A stretch of 64,000 nucleotides of DNA from Octopus sinensis (Eukaryota): the NCBI RefSeq assembly GCF_006345805.1, contig NC_043013.1, positions 2,604,001 through 2,668,000 on the forward strand. The letters are read 5' to 3'. The notes under the pieces are model-generated. The model searched no databases. It had not been told where the DNA came from and saw only the letters and a list, made by a program, of their open reading frames with translations. How positions within the stretch are numbered: position 1 is the first letter of the stretch; each line of letters opens with the position of its first letter. This document shows, piece after piece, positions 41,311-55,962 of the stretch. Position numbers and translations under genes: made by a program.

Positions 41311-41312
<2 letters not shown>
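40945..41312 (+). mobile_element. SINE family A, old diverged copy
   Basis: ggcgcagacatggctgtgtggttaag head, gactgaaacaag tail. Confidence 0.7.
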
Positions 41313-41381
<69 letters not shown>

Positions 41382-41597
41382 ATTATATATATATATAGTG
41401 TTAGAGGGCATTATTACACATAAATGCCTCACACTAAGAGGGACTTAAGTCATACTACCAAAATTTCACTAATCATACCTTATGAGGTTTTTCACGCTAA
41501 CTACCTGATAATTTCTTGTTAAGATTCCTTATTAAGAAGTTATCCTTAATTGTTAAATATATACATACATACATACATACATACATACAAACATACA

Positions 41598-41633
<36 letters not shown>

Positions 41634-42406
41634 TATACATACATATATATATATATATATTTATAAGATATGAAAAAAAGAAAAGGTTTCGCCTTAAGGG
41701 GTGGTTTAAGGCTAAACAACCACTACCACCACAATCATCACCACGCAACACCAAACGCGCCACCGCAATCGCCATACATCTCAACGAAAGCCCACAACCA
41801 TCGCCACCGTCATCACCCACCATTTCCGCCGCCGCCCTCACTAAAACATACACCCATATACGCATACACATACATAAACACACCCATTTACTACTAGCAT
41901 TTTTAAATTGGATGCCGAGCTGTGAAACTGGGAAGACAGATGTGTGGTTCGCACCTCGTCTGTCCGTCGACTATCTTCATACCATAAGGACAGCCGGATT
42001 ATGGTTGACCAAAAACTAAGCAATGACAACAACAACGACACACAAACACACACCTATACATGAGATGAAATACTGCTAAGCCTTTGGGCCCGGCGTGCTA
42101 ACGTTTCTGCCAGCTCACCGCCTTGTATTATACACACGTCATTATCATCACCAATGCAAGCACCACGACCACGATCACATACACAAAAAAGCACACACCA
42201 GCACTACCATCTTACACATATTACCATCCTAAACACTAACATTAATACACACACACACACGCACGCACACGAACACACGCGAACGCACACTCATACACAG
42301 GCACGTACACATGCGCGCATGCACACACAGAACTATCATACGCGGCATGATCCTGAATATGAGGAATGCGAAGAGAGTCTTAATGCTTGCAATATTTGAT
42401 GGAGCG

Positions 42407-42797
42407 AAGGCAGCGAGCTGGCAGAAGCGGTAGCACGCCGGGCGAAAAACCTTTTTCGTCTGTCGTTACGTTCTGAGTTCAAATTCCGCCGAGGTCGACT
42501 TTGCCTTTCATCCTCTTGGGGTCGATTAAATAAGTACCAGTTACTCACTGGGTCGATATAATCGACTTAACCTGTTTGTCTGTAATTGTTTGTCCCCTCT
42601 GTGTTTAGCCCTTTGTGGGTAGTAAAGAAATAGGTATTTCGTCTTTACGTTCCGAGTTCAAATTCCGCCGAAGTCGACTTTACCGTTCATCCTTTCGGGG
42701 TCGATAAATTAAGTACCAGTTGCGTACAGTGGTCGATCTAATTGACTGGCCCCTCCCCCAAAATTTCGGGCATTATGCCTAGAGTAGAAAAGAATAT
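42407..42797 (+). mobile_element. SINE family B partial dimer
   Basis: Head, core, aaataggtatttcgtc junction, second core with a different tail. Confidence 0.85.
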
Positions 42798-43686
42798 TTG
42801 ATGCAACGTTTTTAAATGTCTCCAGATATTGTATAGAACTTTTTATTTCTTTATTTATGTAAACGTTTTTCAAACAACTGTTAGCGAGAATCATTGATTG
42901 AATAAAATGGGTTTGTAAGGAAGACAGGAAGAAAAAGGTGGGGACCTGTTGTTGGAGAGGGTCCATCATTGGAAAGAGAAAAGCCGAGAGTAAGGAAGAA
43001 AGGTGACGTTGAGAATGTCCCCTATGACGTTGCTGATTGGTTTTTGAGTGGCGGCGGCAACCATAACAGTCATCGTCGTGGTGGTCGTGGACGTGGTTGT
43101 CATCGTCGTCATCAGCATCATCATCACCATTATCATAATGGAAGACGTTCAGTGAGTGACAAAAACTAGGTGCTAGGGAGGGAGAATGATAGAGAGGAAG
43201 AAGAAAACGACAGCAGGAGGAGGAGGGAGGGGATGGGGAGGAGGAAGGGAGAAGAGGAAGAGGTGGAAGATGAGGCAGGAGAGGAGGAAGAGGAGGAAGA
43301 AGAGGGTGAGGCGGAAGGGGAGGGGAACGGGGAGGAGGAAGAAAATGAGGATCAAGGCGAAGGTAATGATATACGATAGAAGAAAATGTGAGTGAAGGGG
43401 GAGGGTGTTAGTGTGCGGAGGAGAGAGAGAAAGATAACGAAAAAGCTGGGAGGGAGGGAGAGAGAGAGAGAGAGAGAGAGTCATGTTTATTATTGTAGGT
43501 ATTGGTGTGAGGTGTGATGGGTAGGTGTGTGTTGGCTTACGGCCTGCTCGAGAGATAAACAGACAGGTAAGGTAGACAGACTACAGACAAACAGACAGAC
43601 ATGGGCAGACAAATAGACGACACGAGCAAAAAAAGGGACGGGCAGACACAGATATATAGACTGAAAAACACACACACACGATCGCG

Positions 43687-43731
<45 letters not shown>

Positions 43732-44083
43732 ACATATACGCACGGTTGGATACACATGGAAATAGAGAAAAATTTGATTGTCGGGAACGTTACGCAGACG
43801 CAAACCGGCACAGCATAAAAAAAAGCAAGAAAAAAGCCAGAAACTATTTCCAGACTCAGTAAGGACACGGCTAATTAAAGACAATGTGATGTAGGCGGAC
43901 AGAATCATTGGCAAGGAATTGTTACAGAGCGAATCAGTGTTACGAATAGACTCAGATGGACAAATTGACTCAAACAAATAAATTGTCGCAGACAAAGCAA
44001 CGTGGATAGACTCGTTCTTATATAGTGTTACAAATAAACTCAGAAGACAGTGTCACGAATGGATGGATAGTGACAATGACAGC

Positions 44084-44126
<43 letters not shown>

Positions 44127-44220
44127 TGTGTGTGTGTTGAATAGACCAGATGATATGCGATTGTTCTTCTTGCTCTCTACGCTCTAATTTGAAATCCGGC
44201 CTCGTTCGACTTTGCCTTTT

Positions 44221-44702
44221 ATACCTATTTCTTTATTACCCACAAGGGGCTAAACATAGAGGGGACAAACATGGACAGACACAGGTATTAAGTCGATTAC
44301 ATCGACCCCAGTGTGTAACTGGTACTTTATTTATCGACCCCGAAAGGATGAAAGGCAAAGTTGACCTCGGCGGAATTTAAACTCACAACGTAACGGCAGA
44401 CGAAATACCGCTAAGTATTTCGCCCGGCGTGACCGATGTTATCGACTAATACCCACTTTCTTTGTTTACTGTAATATATGTACTGTGATGTTTACTATTT
44501 TACTTGTTTCAGTCATTTGACTGTGGCCATGCTGGAGCACCGCCTTTACTCGAGCAAATCGACCTCAGGACTTATTCTTTGTAAGCCTAGTACTTATTCT
44601 ATCGGTCGCTTTTAACCAAACCGCTAAGTTACGGTGACGTAAACACACCAGCATCGTTGTCAGGCGATGATGGGGGAGGGGGAGACAAACACAGAAACAC
44701 AA

Positions 44703-44742
<40 letters not shown>

Positions 44743-44910
44743 ATATACATATATACAACAGGCTTCTTTCAGTTTCCGCCTACCAAATCCACTCACAAGG
44801 CTTTGGTCGGGCCGAGACTATAATAGAAGACACTGCCAGATGTGCCACGCAGTGGGACTGAACCCGGAACCATGTGGTTGGTAAACAAGCTACTTACCAC
44901 ACAGCCACTC
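44221..44910 (-). mobile_element. SINE A + ~65-bp linker + SINE B composite
   Basis: A copy 44495-44910, linker ~44432-44495, B body 44221-44431. Confidence 0.85.
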
Positions 44911-45200
44911 GTTTGTTAAATTATCATTTTAACAGTAATGATCTGATTTATGATGAGCGATATCTCTTGGAAAAGGTTATCCATTTGAACGATCTAAACT
45001 TTCAGCAATTACAAACACCCGAAACCTCTTACCGTCACACACTTATATTACATCTGTAAACATCAATAACATAACTTCCAAACGGACATAAAGGTGTTTG
45101 GCCAACCTGCTAGAAATAACAGCTGTCACCACCACGACTCCGCTCCCCTCTCTTCATTTATATAAGCGAAACACATCACTTTAAAAAACAGTACAAAGCT

Positions 45201-45633
45201 CGGATCTTTTCGGTTTGAACGGCAGTTTTTTCTAGTGGTGTCATATGAAATTGTCACCCATAATTATGACCCTAGAATCGATCTATTGCCTTTCAATGTC
45301 TTTTAGGGTTAGGGTTAGTTATGGTTAGGTTTAGAGGTGGGGGAAGGGTATCTTTTTTTCTTCACAAATGTAAATAAACCCAATCTGTTTCTTAAACGAG
45401 GGACATATTCATACGGCACAGAAAGCTTTTTAACTCAATAGACGTCACTGATTGGTTGAAATTGCAGAAATTGAAGAAAAAAACAACAAATATTTTACAA
45501 ACTATAGAATATTCTCAATAAAGCCAAGAGAAAAAGATGTTTTATAAACACATTCTACCAGTATACAAAGTTTAAAAGTGTTTAGTTACCTAGAAATTAT
45601 GTTAAAAACTGCCGTTCAAACCGAAAAGATCCG
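45201..45633. mobile_element. MITE with perfect 30-bp TIRs and internal TTAGGG-like repeats
   Basis: cggatcttttcggtttgaacggcagttttt at 45201-45230 and its reverse complement at 45604-45633; ttagggttagggttag at ~45303. Confidence 0.85.
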
Positions 45634-46428
45634 ATACACCTTCTAACTTCCTCTTTTCGACCTATACATTCTCACACATCTCAACAAAACATGCGGACGG
45701 CCTCGTGCACCAATCACATCCTACATACGACATCTTCAAACACACATACAAACATCATACTATGATAATGATATAAATGGTTTAAGCTAGCAGCCACCAA
45801 ATCCGCTACATATATACGACGGGCTTCTTTCAGTTTCCGTCTACCAAATCCACTCACAAGGCTTTGGTCGAACCGAGGCTATAGTAGAAGACACTTGCCC
45901 AAGGTGCCACGCAGTGGGATTGAACCCAGAACCTAGTGGTTGGTTAGCAAGCTACTTACCACACAGCCACCCTTACGCCTACTTGTTTATTATTGTTCTT
46001 ATTTTATCTTATGTCCGTTGTCTGGGTATCTTTCGTCACACATCTGTGACATGTTCAGCGACTCTTCCATCCTCGTGTGCAAATCGTTCTCGAGTTTTTT
46101 TTTTCTAGGGGGTTTTGTCCTATACTAGCCACATGCAAGCAGAAATAAATAAGACATCAATGGTCTTACTGGTCCCTAATATTGTACTGGGATGTATACT
46201 ACCCACAATAAGTGCAGTGGAACAGTAATTGTCACGTTCTGACTTAAGTTTTCCCTTGCTTAGCTCCTCTGTGACCACCACTAGGGTCAACGGGCAAAAT
46301 ATATGGATTGATTGGTGAGTGGGAGAGTGCATCCCGTCCTGGTTATAATACTACCGACCAACGTACGATCCATCACAGCATGTCAGAGTGTTTGGTGAGA
46401 AGATGTAATTGAGGTGGTCGATCTATAG

Positions 46429-46683
46429 CAATGATCCTCAACCATTTTTTAGCTATGGATCTTTTTAATTACTATTTTACTCGGATTGAACCCACCCACC
46501 CAGCTATTTGAGGTTTAAAAAAACCTTGTTATATTTTTATAATCAAATATTATTAGGAATTGTTTTAAAAAAAATATTTTGAGTATTGTAGAAGTATAAT
46601 TGATTTATTGCATCTAAATTTTAACAGCAAAATTTTATATGTGGCCCCTGAAGGGTCATATGTACCCCGGTGGAGAACCTTTA
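46429..46683. mobile_element. hAT-type MITE, diverged
   Basis: Ends caatgatcctcaacc / ggtggagaacc; body similar to the 776 and 11081 copies. Confidence 0.6.
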
Positions 46684-46897
46684 TGGATCGGGCCTTATCA
46701 TTCAGCTGACTACCTGCCATAAGACTGAGCTGATTTGGAGGACGGGGGCCTTGCACATCAACAACGGTGGCACCACTCCCATGCGGCAACAATCCCCACC
46801 TCATCCCCCATCACCACCACCACCATGACAATTAATGAAAAATATAAACCATTACAAGTTAAAATAAAAATAAACCATGTTTTATGGGGTGTCGCTT

Positions 46898-46997
46898 NNN
46901 NNNNNNNNNNNNNNNNNNNNNNNNNNNNNNNNNNNNNNNNNNNNNNNNNNNNNNNNNNNNNNNNNNNNNNNNNNNNNNNNNNNNNNNNNNNNNNNNN
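46898..46997. other. Assembly gap (100 N)
   Basis: Exactly 100 N. Confidence 1.
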
Positions 46998-47353
46998 GCA
47001 CCTCAGAGAGCGCAAAGCTCCGCCAAGGCAACACCAACGTCCTCTCAACGATTAGCAGAGATGGTTTTTAAAATGAGAATATCGAAAATAACTCGACTGT
47101 TCTCACAATCGAGAATTCTAAAAATGAACCCGACCGCTCTAAAAAATTAATTTTAAAAAAAAAACGGAAAAATAATCCAGAATCCTTGTCCAGCATTGGA
47201 TCGATCCCAAAATCTGATCAGTTCGTGCCAGTCATAAGGCCAAACATCCCTGAAAGTTTCATCCGAATCCATCCGGCGGTTCTTGAGATATCTTGTCCAC
47301 GAAGAAACAAACACAACTAGAAACAATACCTCCGCCTTCGCTAAGGTGGAGAT
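46998..47353 (+). mobile_element. Helentron-associated (HINE/DINE-like) non-autonomous element
   Basis: 5' cagagagcgcaaagctccgccaagg; terminal hairpin ctccgcctt-cgct-aaggtggag (47330-47351) repeating the ctccgcc motif; no TSD seen. Confidence 0.55.
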
Positions 47354-47355
47354 AA

Positions 47356-47453
<98 letters not shown>

Positions 47454-47463
47454 GATAATAATA

Positions 47464-48110
47464 CTAAAAGGGGTACCCCATAGGACATGACAGACTAGGG
47501 CAGTGCATCCATTGGAATGCTTGTAAATGCTACAAAATTAAATCCCATGATAAGTGGTACAGGCACCATCCAGAGGATGTAGTAAATAGCGATGGCGTCA
47601 CCATTCTTTGGAACTTTCCCATACAAACAGACAGAAAAATTGACTCTAAGCGACCAGAGATTGTGATCAAGGACTAAAACAGAGGAACTTGTCTGTTAAT
47701 AGATATGTCTGTTAATAGATATGTCTGTTCCACAAGATCAAAATCTATCAAGAAAAGAATACGAAAAGCTTTCTCACTATAAAGATCTCCAAATCGAAAT
47801 CATAAAAATGTGGAGGCTTAGTAATAAGATAATACCCTTAGTAACTGGTGCGTTGGGAATGATAAAGAAAGGAGCTGAGAAGTATATTAAGCAACTCCCT
47901 GGTAAGTCCAATCTCCGTGAACAACAAAAGATAGCCATGATGGGTACAGCCCATATACTGTGGAAAACACTCTCCATCTAAAATGGAATAAATGTGGTGA
48001 TAATTTTAGCAGATATAGCAAAACAAAAATGCCCTTGCTACTCTTGTAATCCAGAGGATGCCTGGTACTAAGGCAGCTGAAACAAAGTTATAATGAAAGG
48101 AATTCATAAA
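47464..48110 (+). mobile_element. R4/Dong-type LINE 3' fragment after (TAA)n
   Basis: HDRLGQCIHW, KWYRHHPEDV, ILWNFPIQTDRKIDSKRPEIVIKD, LLIDMSVP, EKLSHYKDLQIEI, GALG, GTAHIL..LSI*; 16-bp internal tandem duplication at ~47690-47729. Confidence 0.85.
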
Positions 48111-48185
48111 TAATATGACTGAAACCGGTACAGAAATAATTTTTATACAAATTATTTTAGTATTTTCTACCTGACTTTTTTTTTA

Positions 48186-48257
<72 letters not shown>

Positions 48258-48264
48258 GATAGAG

Positions 48265-48313
<49 letters not shown>

Positions 48314-49283
48314 TATAGATACGTACATATATATAAACTTTAATCCCTATTTACATACACACACACACATACATAAATATATATATACCCACACACACAC
48401 ACACGAATCCATATATTTAGGAAGAGAGCCCCAAATAACACCAGAGTGGGCTAATTTGACTCCCCTCCAATTGCCTCCTTCTAAGACATTGATGAAACGC
48501 AGGAACATACCGCAGCGACCTCTAAAACGTCTGCGACATATATAGATGTATTCCCGGATATTTACGTTACTGAAACACACCCAATAATTAGTGTACCAAT
48601 GACAAATTAAACGAAATACAACCCAGTAATTCATTATTTATGCAAATCGTACTTTTCGATTTAGAGAAGCCTTCAACTTTTGGAATTATATAAACAGTTT
48701 CCAACAACCAGATGTCTTTATGAATATTTTATTTATATAGTGTTACGTTGCTTTCCTGTATCAATTGCAGCGCTACTCAGAGTTACAATGGAAGGAGTTT
48801 CTCTTTCGAATAATACTTTCGCACGAAAGTAAGCATATATACAATCACACCGACACGCTCATGTATATATACATATGCGCGCGTATATATTTATTATGTG
48901 TGTGCGTGCATATGTAAATGCTTGTGTCTGTGGGTTTACATGCATATATGTATGCGAACATATATGTGTGTGTGTGTATGTGTATACACATACGCACAAA
49001 GAGTTACACACACACACACACACATATACTTACACACACACACACACACATATACTTACACACACACACACACGTACGCACACTCGCTTTCACACACACA
49101 CACTCACTCTCTCTCTCTCTCAGACACACTCACACACATACACACTCATACACGCACGCACACACGCACACACATATATACTTACACACACACACACACA
49201 CACCTACGCGCATTCGCTTTCACACACACTCACACACACACACTCTTTCAGACACACTCACACACATACACGCGCGCACACAT

Positions 49284-49315
<32 letters not shown>

Positions 49316-50032
49316 CCACGTACAGACATACGCACCCACGTATGTCTCGATAGACTATTTCGAGTTTGCTAAATGAAACAAAAGACACCGAATGGAAATA
49401 AACAGTGCAAAAGGGGTGACAAGTAATCAATACACGATTGACAGGAATATTAAGTTGCCAGACAAGTTATGTTTACCATTTTCAGAGAAAATCTCTCATA
49501 GGACTCATCTGGAATCAGGTGTAGTGGTTAGCATATGGATATGTATGTATGTATGTGTGTATGTATGTGTGTATGTATGTATGTGTGTATGTATGTATGT
49601 TTGTATGTATGTATGTATGTATGTATGTATGTATGTTTGTATGTATGTATGTATGTATGTATGTATGTATGTGTGTATATATATTTATGTATGTATGTAT
49701 GTATGTATGTATGTGTTGTGTGTGTATGTATGTATGTAAGTATTTAGTATGTATGTATGTATGTATGTATGTATGTGTGTATATATATTATAGTATGTAT
49801 GTATGTATGTAGTATGTATGTATGTATGTATGTGTGTTGTGTATGTATGTGTATGCTGTATGTATGTGGTGTGTGTGATGTATGTATGTATGTATGTATG
49901 TATGTATGTATGTGTGTATATATATTTATGTTATGTATGTATGTATGTATGTATGTATGTTGGTATGTATGTATTTATGTTGTATGTATTTATGTATGTA
50001 TGTATGTATGTATGTATATATGTATGTATGAG

Positions 50033-50067
<35 letters not shown>

Positions 50068-50146
50068 CCATATATGTATAATATAATCCGTGTATATATA
50101 TTATATATATATATATACAGACATATATTATATGTAATGTATTGTA

Positions 50147-50188
<42 letters not shown>

Positions 50189-50289
50189 ATATATATATAT
50201 ATATAATACATATATAACAGAGACATATATATATATATACGTATATATATATACACACACATATATATATGTTATATATATATATAATA

Positions 50290-50322
<33 letters not shown>

Positions 50323-51299
50323 ACATATACATACGTATACATATATATGTTTGTATATTTTGTATGCATTTCACTATCCAGTTGTTGATTTATATACAGA
50401 AAGAAAACAACGCTGTTGTTTTAGTGTAATGCTAATTTATTTCTTAATTAAATTTATTACATCTACATAATTTTATATAAATGTTGTTTCAAAGCTGCAC
50501 CAAAACTGCAATATGGAAAGCAGAGCAGTTGTTCTCCATGTAAACATGATGTACGTATCACGTACAATTGGCGGCCATTCAGACAGCTCGAAATTATTGC
50601 GTGGGTGTTGGTTTAAGTGAGAGTATGTTTATGTTTGTTCGTATGTGTGTGTGGCTGGCTTTGTGTTTGTGCGTGTGTATTTGTGTTTGGGTGCTCCCAC
50701 TTGTGTTCTAAAATTTCCTCTCTAATGTTTGTTTTTAATGGAAAATAAAATGAATATATAAATCAAAGCAAAACCAATTTTATCTCGATGGTAGCTGTAG
50801 AATCAAATACTGGTAAAACGGTGCAAAACCGTACAGTTTCGATCAGAACTATGATTGTTCTATGGTGTGCAAATGTGAATGAGAGACACAATTCAAATAT
50901 TTTTCTTGGAATTCAACCATATTGTTACGACAGTTACCAGAAGAGTTCGATCAATATAGATGCTGTGAGGCTGGAAAATCTAACGCAATTGTGTGCAAAC
51001 TGCGACCCGCGGGACTTTCCGAAAGAATGCCTCATGAAAAATTATCTTGAAAAATTATTATGCGGCCCGCTTCTCGAAAGAAGGTTGCCCATGCCTGATC
51101 TAAAGTGTCGCGACCTTGCTCTTCGTATAAGTAAGGAGAGAAAGATGGAGGAAAAAGAGAAGGAGGAGGGGAAGAAGAATACGAGATAAAGAGAAAGGGA
51201 GAGAGAGAGAGGGAGAGAGAAGGATAAAGATAAAGAAAGGGGGAGTGAGGGAAGTGTTAGGAGTTGAAATGTTTCTGTGTTTTTATATCCATTCTGTAG

Positions 51300-51700
51300 T
51301 TTAGTTATGGTTCAGTTCAATCTATGATCACTGAAGATTTGGGTATGAGACGCGTCTGTGCCAAGTTTGTGCTAAAACTTCTTTCGGCTAACCAAGAAGA
51401 CACTCGGGTTTTAGTTGCACAAGATCTGCTTGATTGTGTCGAGAACGATGAAAACCTTTTGAAAAGTTTGCGTAGACCTCTGAGCAGGTATGGCCAAGCT
51501 TTTGGCAAAATTTGATACAGATTCTCTGCTCAGCTTTCTCTGACATTGCCACCGAGACAATCACACGCTACACACCTTCCATCCAAGCACTGCTGTAAAT
51601 AGTGGAAACGTTAAAACGTTAAAATATTAGTGTGTATGCACAGCAGAGTTCGAGGTCAATCGGTGCCAAGCGGCTTACTATCGCAACAGTCCAGATACTT
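51300..51700 (+). mobile_element. Mariner transposase fragment plus terminal sequence
   Basis: SYGSVQSMITEDLGMRRVCAKFVLKLLS..Q..RV.VAQDLL.CVENDENLLK corresponds to the mariner HTH-WVPHEL linker region. Confidence 0.8.
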
Positions 51701-51702
51701 AC

Positions 51703-51733
<31 letters not shown>

Positions 51734-52160
51734 CAAAAGTGAATAATATTATTGTTAAAGGCGTGAAATTGTTATGACCTTTTTGAAGATAAGTGACGTG
51801 GAATTAGCAACGCCCTCTGTGTGAATCTCCGTTTGTTGTGTTTCTATCTAAATTTTTGAAACATATATATACATATACATACATATATATATATTTAGAG
51901 GGAAAGAAAGAGAGAGAGGGTTAGAGTATACAAGGAGTTTTTGTCAACTGATGTAATGTAATAGGTATGTACCACGAGTGCTCAGTTTCGTTTACCATTA
52001 AAATTCCGGCCTGAAATGCAACGGAAAAATGTGGCATTGTGTGACTGACTACCGAAAGTGGTTTCTTCTTGACCCGGTGGTTATAGATTAAGATAAAAGC
52101 ATGAAAAACCAAAACATTTGGCATCACTCGAAAAAACATTTAATTCTTTTAATTTTAATT

Positions 52161-52203
<43 letters not shown>

Positions 52204-52349
52204 ATATATATATCTGTAATATAATATGTGACAATTATTCGGTTGCCATAATAAAACTCCGATTTCGGCATCTCGTCAGTTATCAAGGCAATCAAAAAAG
52301 GGTCTCATTCATTCTTTTGTTGTTATACTATTACTATTAATATATATGT

Positions 52350-52555
52350 TCTTTTACTTGTTTCAGTCATTTGACTGTAGCCATTCTGGAGCACTGCCTT
52401 TAGTCGAAGAAATCGACCCCAGGACCTATTCTTTGTAAGCCTAGTACTTATTCTATCGGACGCTTTTGCCGAACCGCTAAGTTACGGGGACGTAAAAACA
52501 CCAGCATCAGTTGTCAAGCGATGGTAGGAAGACAAATACAAACACATAAATACAA

Positions 52556-52606
<51 letters not shown>

Positions 52607-52745
52607 CACGACGGGCTCTTTTCAGTTTCCGTCTACCAAATCCACTCACAAAGCTTTGGTCGACCCGAGGCTATAGTAGAAGACACTTGCCTAAGGTGCC
52701 GCGCAGTGGGACTGAACCCGGAGCCATGTAGTTAGGAAGAAGGCA
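52350..52745 (-). mobile_element. SINE family A
   Basis: Family match. Confidence 0.85.
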
Positions 52746-53429
52746 CCCACACACACATCTTTGTATATCTCAAGGCAAAATCACACAGAAAAACTGTATC
52801 TAACAATCCGTTGATGTATAGTGCTCGGTGCGTCTTCACACACAAAATTTGTTGGGAGAAATTTGTTCGCTGAGACAAAATCCCGCAGCGAATACTATTC
52901 TAGTACGCAAGTAAGTGTGAACAATAACTATACACATTCTTATTTGGATCTTCGCTGTTTCATGTGCTTACACTGAATTAATTCCATATCAGTAAGCAAG
53001 CCTCGAAACACACCATCAAATGTTTTGTTTGTTGATTTCTTTATAGGAACAGTAGTTCCAATCACGCTGCAAATGACCGAGGCGATGTTTAACCACTGAG
53101 GAGACAAAATAATCCCGAAACACTGCGTTTGGTAGTCTGTTGACATCGTTTGCAACTAGTTTTTATACATAACGTCTATAAAAAGGAATTTTACTTCGAG
53201 AAATGCCATTCACGTTCTAGTGTGTAGAAACATATTAAAACATCTACACATCGCTTTATACAAGGCGGTGCCCCAGCATGACCGCAGTCAAATGAATGAA
53301 ACAAGTGAAAGAGTAAAAGAATAATCGCTTTGATCTTCACCGCTTTGTGTGTATATAGTGAATGCATACCTATATACGCATACATACATTTGTATACATT
53401 CATGTATGTATGTCTGTATGTATGTATGT

Positions 53430-53939
53430 TACATGTTGCATGGTCGGATCGTCGGCGACTAAACCGGTAACCCCACCAAGCTTACTTGGTGAGAAGGGTG
53501 TTTATTGGACACCCTACGGGGGGAAAAACAAAGCCCGTCAAAGGGCGGAGGAACTCTTGAGAGTCAACAGCCATCCAATAAATGTCTTAAGGCTGTATCA
53601 TGCGCAGGGACATAGAAATAATCGGATTGAATACCCGATCGCGCGGTTAAACCATTGGGAGTGAAGGACTCCTAGCCTTTGTTAGGGCATCCTTCTAGGA
53701 GAAGGTAACTCAGGTAACTGGGATAACTCCGACATAAAACCTGCGGCTCAGTGGTTACCGATGATGTTGACTTGTTCTTCTTTTGGGATTATGGCTAATG
53801 TTGGTTAGTGAGTGGGATTGACTCAGTGCACAGCCTTTCCTCACTTAAAAAAAAAATCTTCTTGCACAGGCATTGCACGATAACAACATTGATTAAGCTT
53901 CGTGCAATGGCCATACTCGATAACGAGGGGACAGCCACC
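53430..53939 (+). mobile_element. Unclassified ~510-bp element in (ATGT)n, RTE-5'UTR-like
   Basis: GC-richer island flanked by (ATGT)n; gggcatccttctaggagaaggtaactc resembles an RTE 5'UTR motif (from recall); several hairpins. Confidence 0.45.
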
Positions 53940-54079
53940 ATGTATGTATGTATGTATGTATGTATGTATGTATGTATGTATGTATGTATGTATGTATGTA
54001 TGCATGTATGTAATGTTTGTATGTATGTACGTATGTATGTATATATGTATGCATGTATGTATGTATATATGTATGTATT

Positions 54080-54295
54080 TTCTCTTTTATTTCTCTTTTA
54101 CTTGTTTCAGTCATTTGACTGCAGCCATGCTGGAGCACTGCCTTTAATCGGGCAACTCGACCCCGGGACTTATTCTTTGTAAGCCCAGTACTTATTCTAT
54201 TGGGCTCGTTTGCCGAACCGCTAAGTGACGGGGACATAAACACACCAGCATCAGTTGTCAAGCAATGCAAGGGGAACAAACACAGACACACACAT

Positions 54296-54336
<41 letters not shown>

Positions 54337-54492
54337 TACGACGGGCTTCTTTCATTTCGTCTACCAATCCACTCACAAGGCTTTGGTCGGCCCGAGGCTA
54401 TAGTAGAAGACACTGCCCAAGGTGCCATGCAGTGGGACTGAACCCGGAACCATGTGGCTGGTAAACAAGCTACTTACCACACAGCCACTCCT
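54080..54492 (-). mobile_element. SINE family A
   Basis: Family match. Confidence 0.85.
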
Positions 54493-55719
54493 ATACATGT
54501 ATGTATGTATGTATGTGTGTGTGAATAGATGGATGAATGTACGTACGCAGTACTAACTTTCTTTACCAAGCCAAAAGAATGTAAGAAGGAAATAAGACCA
54601 AGTCAACATGCAAGCCAGCAGCAGCAGCAGCAGTTCACCGATTCTCGGTCTCGTTGACATTCCTAGACATACGCCCGCCACAATACCAACATGCTTACAT
54701 AACCAGCATCCGTCTCTATCTTTTTTTTGGGGGGGGGGAGACACAGACAAACACGCCTACATACAGACACACAGACAGACACACACACAGAGTTTGCTAT
54801 TCAGGAATTATTTGTAAACATCTTGTAAACTCGATGAAATCGGGATAATCTCATTCATGAAATATTTCAGGACCAATGCAGTGTGTATGTTTTGCTTGTC
54901 TGTCTGTCTGCCTGTCTGTCTGTCTGTATGTATGTATGTATGTATGTATAGATGGATGGATGGATGGATGGATGGCGGGATGGATGGACGGATGGATGAT
55001 TGATGGATGGACGTGTCTCTGTATGCGTGTTGTGTACGTTTCGATGTTCCCCCGCTCTCAGTTTTTCTGTGTGCGTGTGTGTGTTTCTGTGAGTGTGTAT
55101 ATATGTGTGTGTGTGTTTGTGCGTGTGTGGTGTGTGTGAGTGTGTGTGTGTGAGTGTGTATCTGTGTATGTATGAACGTTTCTGCGAGTGTGTGTCTGTG
55201 AGTGTTTGTGTGTATGCGAGTGTGCATGTGTGCGTGTGTATGTATGTGTTTTGAGTGTGTGTGTGTCTATGTGTGTGTGTGTGTGTGTGTGTGTGAGTGT
55301 TTGTGTATGTGTGCGTTTGTGTGTTGCTTTGTATTCATAAAGGCGTGAATACGTTTGTGTAATCTTATCAACCAAGTATCTTTCATAGACACATATATAA
55401 ATATACATGTGTGTATGCGTGTGTTTGTGGGTGCGTGTGCGTTGTGTGTGTGTGTGTGTGTGTGATGCTACGTAAACATTACTCACGTATGGTTCTAGTA
55501 AACACGCACTTTGGTCTCACATTGAAAAGTAAACGAATGTCTGGTTGGTCCGCTGCGGAGTGCAGAGCCTTCAATAGAATAGAAAAGAAAAAAGAAAAAA
55601 AAACAACATCATATGATTTCGTATCTGTGGCCAAGATCGATTTGACCAGTTGCCTGTCTCGGTCATTGGACTGCGGCCATGCTGGAACACCATCTTGAAG
55701 AGTTTAGTTCTACAAATCG

Positions 55720-55882
55720 AGGCGTAGGAGTGGCTGTGTGGTTAGTAGCTTGCTTACGAACCGCATTGTTCCGGGTTCGGTCCCACTGCGTGGCACCTTA
55801 GCCAAATGTCTTCTACTATAGCCACGGGCCGTCCAAAGCCTTGTGAGTGGATTTGGTAGGCGGAAACTGAAAGAAGCCCGTC

Positions 55883-55962
<80 letters not shown>

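Noticed and set aside
43170-43395. Acidic or basic ORFs
   Set aside because: (GAG/GGA)n purine-rich low complexity
45300-45340. Interstitial telomere
   Set aside because: Only 2-3 TTAGGG units, internal to a TIR element
48484-48552. Possible hammerhead (TTGATGA..gcag/ctgc..GACA-tata)
   Set aside because: Both core boxes are mutated and the stems are short; not distinguishable from chance
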